DNA of 61,562 nucleotides, filler included, from Choristocarpus tenellus KU-1152 (taxonomy: Eukaryota > Protista > Phaeophyceae), in the NCBI GenBank assembly GCA_964200185.2. It is 7 parts of 7 records of this genome, joined end to end, with 100 filler letters (N's around TTAATTAATTAA, not from the genome) between each part and the next. Parts side by side here need not be neighbours in the genome. Positions count along the whole stretch, not along the records: positions 38,863 to 58,499 come from CAXNAD020000459.1; positions 58,600 to 61,562 come from CAXNAD020023324.1; 5 more parts are not named here. The stretch is one strand, 5' to 3'. Under the pieces are notes generated by a model. It was not told where the DNA came from, did not search any database, and saw nothing but the letters and a program-made list of their open reading frames with translations. Positions within the stretch are counted from its first letter, which is position 1. Every line of letters starts with the position of its first letter. Positions 49,801 to 61,562 of the stretch are shown here, piece by piece. Made by a program: the position numbers and the translations under genes.

Positions 49801-52800
49801 CTGACTGTCGTGATACCCTCAACAATCACATACACTGCTTTCAGGTGCATGACAGTGAATTTGGTCCATGGTCGCCTACGCTCGCCTTCATGTCTGCTCT
49901 TACCACCATGGAGTCAGCAGCTCTACTCGCCTTTGCCAAGCTTTACAAAGACACACATACCTATCCTGAGTCAGTGTGGGACGCCTTGATTTCCCTCTGC
50001 ACCATCATGCTCATTTACAAGTGGACAACCATTGCCATTGAGAGGATCACGCTGGGACTACCTTCGCCAAAAGTCGAGGTACCGCTGGCTTCATCACCTT
50101 CTTCTCCAATTTCCTCACCAATAACAGCAGGTGGGAATACAACTATGACTAGAGCTATTGATGGGAAGAATGCTCAAACCGTGCTACCTGTTGAGGATGA
50201 AGATATTGGTGAGGGAAAAGCGTAAAATATGTGCTTAAAACTTGACAACATTGCTTGGAAGTCATAGTGGTAGTGGACAGGACTGCAGTGCCTATCATGA
50301 TTAAATTAGTGAGGTGCAAGCAAGCTGGTGCGCAATGTAAGGCTGACAAGAGGGTAAAACTGGGACATGTATGGGTGGAGTTTTCCTTGGGGTGTTGTCT
50401 TTGCAATTGAAAGGATTGTAACTTTTAGTAAGAAAAGTCAGTGGGACATATTAGACCTGGATGGACTCCATCTTGATACGTGGAAGTTCATTAAAAGAAG
50501 GTGTGGAGTATATTTCTGATTGTTTTGATCCAGACAAAGTCCTCACATTCTGTACTTTTTTCACCCTACCTGGCAAGTGGTGTCCGATTGCCTCTCAGCT
50601 GCCCTCCCTGGCCTTGGAGAAGAAAATGGAAGGGAAATGGTAGTGGGATAGAGCACAAAAAAGGCTTTACTTTACCTCCCGTTTGGTGTGTTTTATGGGG
50701 GCTGTGGGTGATAAGAGCATATTTGTGTTAGAGACTGTGCACAGCGAATGATCCTGGGGTCAGGTACCCTAGGCACATTTTGCTGTGTAATGTTTAAATT
50801 TAAAAGATGTAAAAACTACAAAATTCCTGGAAACCTTCCCATAGTATCAATTTCTCTGATATAGATGTATTACTACTGGTATCATACTATCTTGATTGAG
50901 TCATCCCATTAAGCAGGATTAGAAAAAATAATAATTTGCCGTTTAGGTGTGGGGAACATCATATAAATAGAAATATATTATGCACCACTTGCAAAGGCTA
51001 CAGTTCATACTCACCCAACATGGTGTATCCATCACCTAGCCTTCCCTACCCCTTAAATCTTTGTTGCACTCATCCTGGAGAACTACTTCATGTATATGGC
51101 AGGTCATCCAGCTATTAACAGAACAGATTAACCCACTTCCATTGAACTAGCCTGAAAATACACAGCTTGGCGTTTTGTTGAGGTTCTCGTAGTTTTCTAA
51201 GAATCCCAGAACATTTTGTGCCATCCCACTGCACACAAGCCTGGTGCAGTGTATCATATTGTGCCCACTTTGGGGGAGAGCATGCAAGAGGAGAAGCTAC
51301 ATGTATGAAAGGTTGACAAGGATAACACTTTGCACTTGCACCTGTGTTGTAGCTCTGCCTACGCCTCACCTCATTTGGGGTTCAAGCACAAGAATTGAGC
51401 GAGGGAGTGGAGTACTAAATATCATAATACTGCCCTGTGTTCCACTCCTCTCCTTCTATATGCAAAGTTCTACCTGCATCATCACTGAACTTAAGAGACT
51501 AATCTCAAAAACTTCTTAGAAGCCAAACCCCATCCAACTGCATCAAGTTGACCCTTCAAGTACACCCAAGGAATATGTCCAGCGCAATTTGAAATATAAT
51601 TGCACCGGTTGTCCAGACTTCAAGATCTGTAGGAACGTGTTAACATGTACTGTCAGTATGGCTCAGTTCAAATATATCTCCTGAATCTATTGAGAATCAT
51701 ATTACAAGACCAACACTCCACCCACGGACCACTTGCTGGCCATCAGTAAGGGCATTACCATAAAAACCAAAGCTTCTTCCACACAAGCTACCTCCAGCCT
51801 ACTTGTGGGTCATCTTAAATTCTCTGTGCACGAGGGAGAGAAGTTCAGCTTCATGTAGTTTGGGGTGCTGACAAAAGAGGAGTGAGCATGTCCAAATTGG
51901 ACGGGCTTGGCAAGCACTATGGCAGCAGCACCACACCTTTGCAAAAACACCTGTAAATTTATGTTACCTTCTTTGGTTTGTACACCTTGGGCATACCACC
52001 TTCAAAAACACCATTCTCAAGAGCCCTGGCAAGCAACCTAAAGCACAAAGATACTTCCTGGAAAGGTTAGTATTTGCTGGTTCAAATGTTGAAAACAAAA
52101 CATTTTTTAATACCCCCACTGACCACGCATCTAAGCTCTTCAAAGTCAAGCGATCAACAGGCTCAGAGGGACAATGTGTGGAAGAAAAGAAAGAAAACTT
52201 ATCCTATCACAGTTACAGTTACAGTTAGAACTGCAAGCCCCACTGCTGTTGAGTTGAGCCCAACGTATGCAGACAAAGGACATGCAAAATGAACACAACC
52301 AGAACTCAGTTCTATACACATTATCACAGGGACATAGACAACACACTCATTTACAATCTTATGACCAGGGTAGGGTGAAGCATCTTCCCATCTAACAACC
52401 ACACCAAAACCGATCATGTTGATGACAAGATACTGGCATTACTCACATCTACAACAAAATGTCAACCCCTTGAGTGTTGACCTAACCCTCCTCTAACTGT
52501 GTGGTGGAACAAACAGACTATACATAGAATACCAAACACAGTTGTATTGAAGACAAGGGCATGAGCTCTGTGAGGTGGTTCTCACACATGTCCTCACACA
52601 TGTTGCACAGACCAGAAGTGTGCAAGGTAGACGTTACTCATGCCATTAAGTATGTACTGGGAGTATCCATCACCTTCACTTTCACAAAATTGCTCGGGAA
52701 TATGTATTTTGAGACATGCAGCATAAAAACAGCTGATAACCAATACTTAGGCTACTCTCTCCTCTAACAGTACATTTGCCGCAATCACAAGGAATGCAGA

Positions 52801-53084
52801 TGACAAATGTAGACAAGCAAAGAGAACCTCACCAATACAATTTTTTACCTGCTTTCCAAATCAGTCATCATCAAGACACTCAGGGGTACACAATTAGTTA
52901 CCACGACCAACATTTACACAAATGAAACAGCAAAATCAGACTACCTAGAAGGCACTCACCATGCAACCCATATTCTCCACACCTTAACAACATTCAAACT
53001 TACCCCCCCCATATCATACACCACACCACACCAGTCCTCAAGCGATATCCTCCACAACTACTCAGTATCATGCAATAATACCCT

Positions 53085-56000
53085 CTATATCTTTTTGGCT
53101 TGTATCTCATCCTTGTCCTTGCTCAAATCCCCCCCCTTCCCACTCCCTACATCACCTACAGCTTCCCCAGTCTCCCGAATATAAACAAACTCTTGCTCAT
53201 CATCTGTAGCACCCTCATCTTTACCACTGTTTCCTTCTCCAGTCACACCCAAGCCACCTTTAGGGCTGGATGATGAAGAGATAGTGGATGATGCAGTAGC
53301 AGCAGTGCTTAACTTTTTGGCATGACCTTTCTTCTCCTTTCGCCTCTTGCGCTTCTCAGCCTTCTTCCTTGTCCGCTCTTCACATTCCTCACGACCCTGT
53401 AACATGGGCAAACCAGGTAGATAAATGGAAACAAGAGGTGAGTAAGGTTTAGAAGTGTCATCTGCATCAGAACAGCGTCAGTCCACAGTCTATCCTTGAG
53501 TCCCTGCTCAATATGTCAAATGCTCAACCAAAATGCCAATATGCAACACAAGAAAGGGCTCTCTCCCACAGAGCATTCTCTTTTAGGGTTAGGGTCCAAG
53601 TGCAGCACTAAAACATAATGACCATTACATACCAACTACATAGTGAATAGCAACACCAATATCAGTTGTGTACTAAAACATAATGTTCATTACATACCAA
53701 CTACATAGTGAATAGCAATATCTATATCAGTAGTGTCAGCATTGACTTCACAGACTACCTCTATCACAGAGAGATGTCCAAGCCATCAAGGGCTGACATG
53801 GGATCATGTCCTTGATAGGATTTTCCCATTCTAACCAAAGCATGCTGCTTGTAACACAAGGGAGTCTGCAGCACATACCATCCATGACATGTGCACTTAC
53901 AGTTGTCAAACCTGGGGTCTACTTTGTAATCAAACCAGGTTAACCCTAATCAATGCCAATCCACACATTAGACCAGGTTTACTAAATTAGCAGAACATGT
54001 CCCACCAAAGTTGTACATTCTACCAACGGAATGGATCCCAATCTGTTGCAGATCTGCAGTCTGCAATTGGGGCCAACATATTCCCACCCAGGGATAACTC
54101 TTACTGTGCTGGTAGTATTCTTGATGAATCAAATTATTCAAGTCCGACTCACATTTCGGAGATGAGTTAGGGTTAGTCCTGAAAAAAGGACTGAATTTTT
54201 TTTTTTTAAATAGACATTCTAAAAAAACAAAACAGATACCACTCCAGGTGGGCTGCTACAAACAGACTACAGGGCATACTGTAGTGTGCATCAAGGCTAG
54301 TAGTAAGTGGAGACACAAGGTGCATTGGTGCATGCTGCACATGGAGTGAAAGTAAAGCATAAAACTGCACATAAAAGAAGACAAGTACCAATCATCAGAC
54401 CACAAAACTATACTGCTCTTTCAGAAACAGCCTCTGCTTGACTATCAAGCTCAGGCACATCACCCTGACAATACCTATCTGGCCAATTACCCCATACACA
54501 GTCAACACAACTCTCTGGCCCTGACAAACATTCCCGACATTGTCAACTTCAAGTACAACGAGAGACAAGTGTTTCCTAACACCATGGCATGGTGCAGCAT
54601 AAAACTGTAACTATATAAACCACACCTCCTATTACAATAACATTCTTTAGATAGACATACATATATAGATATATGGCACGCAACCTCCCATGAACTAGCC
54701 CTAGCATGCTGACCCCTTACACTGACATCACCACTCGAACCATCCTGATTCTCAGGTCCACGCCTTCCATCCATAGTCACCCCATTGATGCACAAAAATC
54801 GTCAAGGTGCGGGTGAATCTCAGACTCTAAAAGTCTGAACTTGAAATTTGGACCGCAGATCTAATGCCTCATGGTTAGGGTTAGGGCTAGGGTTAGGGTT
54901 AAGGCTAATAAATATCTTTCAATAAAAAACTCACATTATCCTCCAAACAAATAGACTGTATTGTGCATGGAAGTGAAAAACGACTGCTATCAACATTCAA
55001 CACTCCATGTCATTAAAATCCTGGTAAGGGGGTTTGAAGGGCAAAAAAAAAAAATTGGCTGACTGCAACATCTAGGCTATTCTATTGACGCAAACTCAAT
55101 TATAAATACAAATACATGCATGGTATTATCTCACTCTTACCAAGACTCTTATGGTGGTCCTCAACACTACAAAGCCGTACCTTGGCTGCCACTGCCTCAA
55201 GGTTAGCTCTGGCTTCATCCTGTGCCAGCTCTTCCTCAAGAGCAGCCATGCGATGCATCTCTCGCCGTCGATGTGCCCGGTACATGTGAAATTCACCAGA
55301 CCTTGCAGAATTGGGTTCAGAACCCAGAAGAGTGCAATCATGGTGTGTGTTCAATAGAGCTAAAGGCATAACCAAGATAAAGTACATTCAGCAGTGGCAG
55401 TAAGCAAGCTACTCTATTAACGTACCTTTCCTTGAATCCTTCATTGAGTGAAATGTATCCAGTCAACTTGAAGGCAGATCTGATCGAGCTACCGACATTT
55501 ACCAAGGATTGCAAAAAAACGATCTTGCTGTAATTGAGAGAACCAAGTACCTGTCTCAGGCCAAGAGTACTCCACAAATTGAGGTCTAACCCTAAGCTGC
55601 CAGGAACGCAACACAACTCAATACAATTTTCACTCTAATATTGGTCCAGCCCAAACCCGGCACAAGCGACTTCTGTGATCAGCATCAAACGCAGACCTCC
55701 TGATTCTAACGTTTGCTTTGGGTAAAACCTCATACCAAGCTGGCCATCTCGCAAGTAGGGATAGTTGAGGCTAGCAGTCTATAGCTGAGGGGTGTGAGTA
55801 TAGATCTCAACGAGTCAAAGTAGATGTCGCACAGCTGCACAGTGCAATTTAATACGACTCCTATGCTCGACGAGGAGGGGAAAGAGGCGACAACTATGTG
55901 AACTGCACTCTCTTCATGAGTAAGGTTCTTATTATGTACTCATACTGGCAGACTCGATTGAACCAAGATAGACTGGGCCATGAGCTTCAAATAAGGTATA

Positions 56001-56762
56001 TCCACGATTAACGACGTCGTGGGAATCTTAAAAGCGGGAGGAAATGAAAGTACACATGATCTCGAGCCAGATAAACTACGGTAAAGGTCAAAGGGATATT
56101 AGGGTCAACAGAGCTGAAACTTTGTATAGGGGAAAAGTAAACGCCATGGAGTACTATCATGATGACATAAAACGACTTTGACAGCGAAGGTCGATTTCCA
56201 GCGGAAGGGAACGAAAAGATGCGTTGTTTATCAAAATAAGCGCATATGGAACGGAGGGGTTAAATGTTGAGAACCACGTACGCTAAGTAGATGTATATTT
56301 TGTACTCACCCTGCACCAGCACAGCTACCCATGACATTCTCCGTCTTGTCCACCTGGAGCTTGCCTGTACCAGGGCCATCGCTTCCCTTGGCCTGATCAT
56401 AAGACACATGGACAAGCTTGGGATTATTGTCGCTATCTGTCCGAGTGGAAATGGCAATGGTTGTCTGTGTCAGTAGGGTCGTTACTAGAGCAGGTCGTGT
56501 AGAATACTTCGATGGAAGAAGGGGAGGACAATAGGATATAACTTCTTCACAGGATGAGCAGAATTTCAAGAAAATCATTGATAATTACACCCTGGCGACC
56601 AGACCAGTACAGCCCCTACGATCACTCGTCTTCGAAACCTTAACATAATATGGGGTAGCACTTTCGATTCTCCTGTCAACGTATGGATACCAGGCAGTTG
56701 AACTGGGATCAGTATAAGGGGGAAAAATTCTCACAAGTTTGGACTGTGGTGTACCGCCCCAT
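53085..56762 (-). CDS. PRKRIP1: PRKR-interacting protein 1 (DUF1168 family), complete four-exon gene (56735-56762, 56310-56436, 55181-55301, 53085-53396)
   Basis: MGRYTTVQT-YSDNN...ENVMGSCAGAG-SGEFHMYRAHRRREMHRM...-GREECEERTRKKAEKRKRRKEKK carries the signature NVxGSxAGAGSGEFHxYR; GT-AG phases are consistent; stop at 53085. Confidence 0.92.
53607..53730. repeat. ~66-bp tandem duplication in an intron
   Basis: ACTAAAACATAATG..CATTACATACCAACTACATAGTGAATAGCAA occurs twice. Confidence 0.8.
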
Positions 56763-57239
56763 GTTTTTCGCTCTTCGAAAGTGGGGGTTGCACGCTTACA
56801 AGAGTCTCTCTCCTTCCTTTGACAGGATTCAGCTGTTCACCTTTCTTACACAATTGAGTTTGGTTTCAACACTCCACATCCCTAACCCTGCATATTGGAA
56901 AACACTCACAAAATAATAAAATCCATTAGATATCGTATCAAATATCGACTATCAGGTGAGAGAGAGACTTGAAATAAGAAGTGTATATATATAATATTAA
57001 TTTGTTGTGCCCTATTACATTTTCTAGGTGTCACAGGAGAAAAACCTATGAAAAGTCAATTCAAGACGATAAGAACTTTCTTGAGGATAATAGTTGTGGT
57101 AAATGTGAGATATATACTGGTACTAGGAGATTCGCCCTCTGGAGTTGTCCCGTCACAACTTCATGCAGACATCGGATTAGGGTTAGGGTTTCGTTTCTTT
57201 TTCACTACTTACATATTTGTTTGAAGAAAAAGGGCTCAT

Positions 57240-58440
57240 ATTGGGGTTCGAACCCTGGATTGTAGGTCACCAAGAGCGGGAACAGATACTTGATTGACGT
57301 GTAGGGTTTAGCCGGGAAAAAGTCTCCCCACCCTGTCTTCCTGTGTTCGCGCACCCACTCTTTGACCTCGACAAGGATGTCCTCGTCGAGGCCCAGGACG
57401 AAGCACCTATCATAGCGCCCTTGCTCCGACACCTTGATGTGGCCCTTAGTTAGGAAGTCTCTCCCATTTACTCAAAGTTTCCGCCCTGACCATCGCATAT
57501 CCTGTTGCTATCTTGAGCGCCGTTTGAAGGTCTTTCCCGTCGTTCATACACACGTACAGGATTCGCAGTGTTAGAGCCTTAACTATCACATTTGCTTGTT
57601 GAGTATCGGAAATAGGCATTGGCCGTATTTCCTGGGCGGGTGATATTTTATCATCAAGGCACAAGGGCGAGGGAGGACAGGCTTGAGTTGATTGAAAATT
57701 GCGTTGATTTCTCGAATGAATGCAGGCTGGGAGAAAGCCTTAAACAAGTTTATACGTCCAACCCTAAGTCTAGGAACAAAAGGGAATGTAAGGCATCTTG
57801 CAAGAAGTGGGAGACACCAAACCATTGGTGTGCAAATAGTCTCAATGTCACCTCTTCTTCTTCCCTGGCATCCTTGTCGATGGCTACCTCCACCTGCTTC
57901 GCGACCTCTTTGAAGTAAAGGATTTGGTGGTATCAAAAAGTCTCCACAGCTGTCTTTGTTACAATCGCTTTCTCCTCTGCCTTGTGAGCCCTTTTGACCC
58001 TCTTTCGGGCTTTAGAGACCTTGTAGCCCAACCCTAACACCTTCTTTCTGGCTCAAAGTATCTGGGGGGGGTGGCGGGTGTCCATTTGGGGCCTATTCTT
58101 TCCATGTCTCATTTTTTGGGTAATTTGGTTGCATACGTCGGACGGATAATGCAAGTGCACTTTTCCTGGTTTTGACCCAAATGGACACCCTGGGGTAGAT
58201 CCCCCACCCCACCCCAGATACTTTGAGTCTCTCGTTTCCTTAACCACTCTGGCTCGAACAGCTTCCAGACAGCCAGGGCCTGCTGCAGCTGTCGACTACT
58301 AAGATATTCTACACCTGGGTTTTCACTTATGCGTTTCCTGAGCGCCATGGCATGCAGTTGCACTGCTTTCTTCCCCAATCTTCCCTTCGGGCGGCCACCC
58401 CAGTTCTCCCTTCCCCTGCCGTGACCAGGCTTCCCCACAC
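57240..58440 (-). pseudogene. Decayed ORF resembling the N-terminal HTH region of IS630/Tc1-related eukaryotic transposases
   Basis: Correcting one frameshift in a GA run near 57460 gives ALKIATGYAMVRAETLSKWERDFLTKGHIKVSEQGRYDRCFVLGLDEDILVEVKEWVREH (cf. ..IR.W...F...G....S.QG.H......DED......WLR). Interrupted by MITE-A. Confidence 0.45.
58050..58229 (-). mobile_element. MITE-A, full length (180 bp)
   Basis: GGCTCAAAGTATCTGGGG...CCCCAGATACTTTGAGTC; 3-bp TSD TCT/TCT. Confidence 0.92.
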
Positions 58441-58499
58441 ACTTCGTAACTGTACTCTCTTCCTGCTTTCCCGAGGTGGCAGAGACTGCAGAGCAGTGC

Positions 58500-58599
58500 N
58501 NNNNNNNNNNNNNNNNNNNNNNNNNNNNNNNNNNNNNNNNNNNTTAATTAATTAANNNNNNNNNNNNNNNNNNNNNNNNNNNNNNNNNNNNNNNNNNNN
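58500..58599. other. Artificial contig linker
   Basis: Same structure. Confidence 0.98.
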
Positions 58600-59143
58600 C
58601 AGTGGTGTCTGCATTTCCTAATCTACTCCACCGATGGTGTCTATAGTGTATCAGCAGCACTATCTACGAACACTTATCTCGAAAGAGAGATTCGTGTTGT
58701 TCTTTGTTGGTATTGCAAATCAGAGGGCAGATGTATTGACCAAGAATTTACCAGTTCGAGTTTTTAAAAAGCATGTGAAGTTTTTGATGAACATATAAGA
58801 TAACATGTGTGTTGCATTTTTTTGTTGTCAATGCTATTGTTTGACAGTTAATACTTGTTTTCAGCAAGGGGAGGATGTCGAATAACCTAGTGTTATCCTT
58901 ACGTTATCTGTGCTGATACAAGTATATAACACAGGTTTTATGTACATTTATCTTTAGTTCAGCAGAATACAAAGTAGTATCATCCGCAGCGGTATGATGG
59001 GTCAGTCTTTGGTCATACATCAGAGGTAATTGATGGCTAAGACAAAGGCCCAGTGGAAAATTAAGATTCCGTGTATGTTTTACCATGCCAACTCAATTAC
59101 TAACTCTCGGCGACGAGCCTTACATGAGCCAAGTTTCTCAACA
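58600..59143 (+). mobile_element. Ty1/copia 3' end: RNase H tail, polypurine tract and 3' LTR (58876-59143)
   Basis: VGIANQRADVLTKNLPVRVFKKHVKFLMNI* (QxADxLTK motif); PPT AAGGGGAGGA directly before TGTCGA; the putative LTR ends TCAACA. Confidence 0.85.
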
Positions 59144-59810
59144 GGGTGAGGGAGTTTCTCACAGCTCGACCCGAATATGAGCTGAGCATTAGGGTGCAGC
59201 ACTCAAAAGGAGGTATATAAATTGCACTTATGATGCTGGGCGACTCCCTAACTGCTGCTCAGAGATGAGGACTGGTGAGGGGCGAACACCAGAACAATAG
59301 GGCTGCAGCAATGGAAGATGAACTCTTGAAAGTGCTTAAGAAGGTAGCGCGAGTTGACGACAAAGACCACACCTTCGACATTGGGAAAATCCAAGGGGAT
59401 TTGTTGAGGGTTGTCTGGATGGGAAATGAAGGTCTGTCACTGATCAAGTCATGGGAGTGATCCAGGACATTGACGGCTCTATCTTGAAAATACCATCTGG
59501 ATGGCGATTTCCGCTGGAATGCAGAACAAGTAGGGGAGACTTGGAAGGCAAGGCTGGGGAAGGTAATCTTGGTGGCCTTTATTACAGGACTCAAACACCC
59601 TTCGTTTAAGGCAGAAATTTACAAGCATGCATCATGGGACCGAGAGCTAAAAAAGAATCCAGACTAAATCTTTGAGCTGGTAAAGGAGCACGCAGAAAAA
59701 TGGAGGACGTACGAGAGCGCCGAGCCATTCAAGAAAAAAAAAGAAGGCAGCACCAGGATGGGAAGCCTAAGTTTGGGGAGAAGACAGCAAGCCAGGGGGA
59801 GGCACACCTA
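59144..59810 (+). mobile_element. Decayed gag-like ORF, probably Ty3/gypsy, adjoining the copia LTR
   Basis: EDELLKVLKKVARVDDK...FITGLKHPSFKAEIYKHASWDRELKKNPD*IFELVKEHAEKWRTYE with internal stops; resemblance to stramenopile gag is by eye only. Confidence 0.5.
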
Positions 59811-60849
59811 GTGCAGGATTGAGTGCTACTACTACTACCACTACTGCACGTTTCCATTAATTCATGAGGCGTATGATGATGTGTGCAGAAAGCGTTGATG
59901 ATCAGTCTTTTCATATTGTTGGTTTGGACATGACGCCTCCTCCTCATTCCTCCAACACAACCACTAACATTGCGAATATTTCCATCAGTCTGGCTGATGT
60001 TGTCTCATTATTATTTCTCACTATCATCAAGATTTGGTTGTTGTTGCAAACCAGGGTAGAGGTTTCAATGGCAGCAGCTGCAGCAGTAGTGGTGCTAGTA
60101 CTAGCAGTAGTATTAGTGTTACAGCGTGCCCCTGAACTCACCTCCACAGGATATACAACTCAAATCCAACGACCTTAAAACAACGCTACGGGAGTCCACA
60201 GATGACGACCATGTATGGAGTCAGTTGATGCTTAGCTCGGTCTATGTCTCGCTTTTTGCTTTATCAAAAGAGGGTAAGGATCAAAGAACTGAGTCATGTG
60301 ATCAACAAGTCAGCCTTTTATTAACTTCATTCACCGTTTTTCTACAGCGAAAGAGTTAAATGGTGTCTGCAAACTGCTGTGTAAATACTTCAATCATAAA
60401 CCTTTATTCTGCAACTTTCAGGAATTGACGTCTACTCTGTAAGGTTATGTAGGCATCTCGAATCTTACTCTGCATCTTCTATCAATTCAAAGTTCCTCTT
60501 ACATGAATTCTTACGTATGTGTGCTATTCGCGCATTTTGGCATGCAGAAAGAAATGCTCGCGCTATTCGTCTGTAACATTAGTAATAGCAGTAGTACAGT
60601 GGTTCATCTACTGCATGCAGCATGTGGTCGTAGTTGTGGTAGTATTGTCAGTAGTAGTGGTACTAGTAATTGCGGACGGATGGACATGAAGTTGGTACAC
60701 ATCAGAAATTGATGAACAAAAGATTTTGTCAAACTTAGGAGGATGGGGACGGAAAGGAGGTATGTATGCACAACGCAACAACAAAACTGTGCAAACACAT
60801 CGTCATAGAGTGTGACAGGTAACATAACGAGAATAACAAGGTCCCTCCC

Positions 60850-61350
60850 ACCAATCTAAGAAAGTGCAAACATAGTGGACATATGCGCACAACACGGCAC
60901 CAGATTGACCCACATTTCAACAACGTACCCAATCAGAAAACCCCAAATTTGTTCCTACTCCCACAGAACTGAATAGCCTAGAAGCTTCAGTTTCTGGCAA
61001 ATATCACTTTGGGTTTGAATGAGTCACTCCAGGTTTTAAAATATGGTTTGTAAACCATGATCTCAAACTTGTTGAGGTCATCTTGCAGGCGCATTCGCCA
61101 ATGAGCGCTTATCCCGTTCCCCTTTCTTCCGTTTTCCATTTGCAAGTTTCTAAACATACACAATCCATGAAATATACATGACTGTGTTTGTGAGTTTCTA
61201 TCCACCTCCCACGCACCTGTATTGGCGGTATCTCCTCTACAGCATTATAATGATCACCACCCGTAACATTTCATTGAAGTGTATATTCCATATTAGCCTC
61301 ATTCAGAACATGTTTTCATTTTGTGAATAGGCGTAACAATCTGTCTCGGA
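60850..61350 (-). mobile_element. Possible decayed Harbinger/ISL2EU-type transposase C-terminus with SWIM-like motif
   Basis: IFHGLCMFRNL (cf. DDE_Tnp_4 C-terminal ..CxLxN), followed by GY...KCG..LVPCCAHM (cf. SWIM CxC..G...CCAH); frameshifted. Confidence 0.3.
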
Positions 61351-61359
61351 TGCTAATTT

Positions 61360-61535
61360 GACCCAAAGTATCTGATGGGGGCGGGTGTCTACATCAGAGG
61401 GTGTCCATTTGTCCCAAAATCAGGAAGAGCGCATTTACATATCCATCCGACGTATGCAACCAAATCACCCAAAATCGCGACATGAAAAAATTGCCCCCAA
61501 ATGGACAGCCGCCCCCCCCCCAGATATATTGAATC
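61360..61535 (+). mobile_element. MITE-A
   Basis: GACCCAAAGTATCTG...CCCCCAGATATATTGAATC; flanks ATTT/ATGT. Confidence 0.88.
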
Positions 61536-61562
61536 ATGTACTTGCTATACTCAAAAGCACTA

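Noticed and set aside
57243-57260. B-box-like GGTTCGAACCC
   Set aside because: Isolated motif with no tRNA structure around it.

Overview
This is eukaryotic nuclear DNA, not one continuous locus. Seven contigs are joined by artificial 100-nt linkers (N-run, TTAATTAATTAA, N-run): 1-17587, 17688-22726, 22827-26216, 26317-33608, 33709-38762, 38863-58499 and 58600-61562. Long introns, a spliced plastid-type ftsZ, short interstitial TTAGGG arrays and the TE remnant types point to a photosynthetic stramenopile, most likely a brown alga (inference). Spliced genes reconstructed by eye: a large multi-exon protein with CUB-like, MIB/HERC2-like and LamG-like domains, an ankyrin exon, a ParB/Srx-fold gene, a SEC63-like gene whose J-domain lacks HPD, ftsZ, a GH3 beta-glucosidase and a complete PRKRIP1. 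The main non-coding feature is a pair of related short TIR elements, MITE-A (~180 bp) and MITE-B (~260 bp), with about 15 copies or fragments. They share AAAGTATCT termini and an inverted GTCCATTTGGG motif, leave 3- or 4-bp target-site duplications (TSDs), and insert into each other. One MITE-B sits in the ParB-like exon with boundaries that could be spliced out as an in-frame GT-AG intron. Also present: a 94-bp-arm hairpin in an ftsZ intron, an 87-bp palindromic element with a 4-bp TSD, and decayed LINE, copia, gypsy, hAT-like and Tc1/IS630-like remnants. All family calls come from motif recognition by eye; no searches were run.
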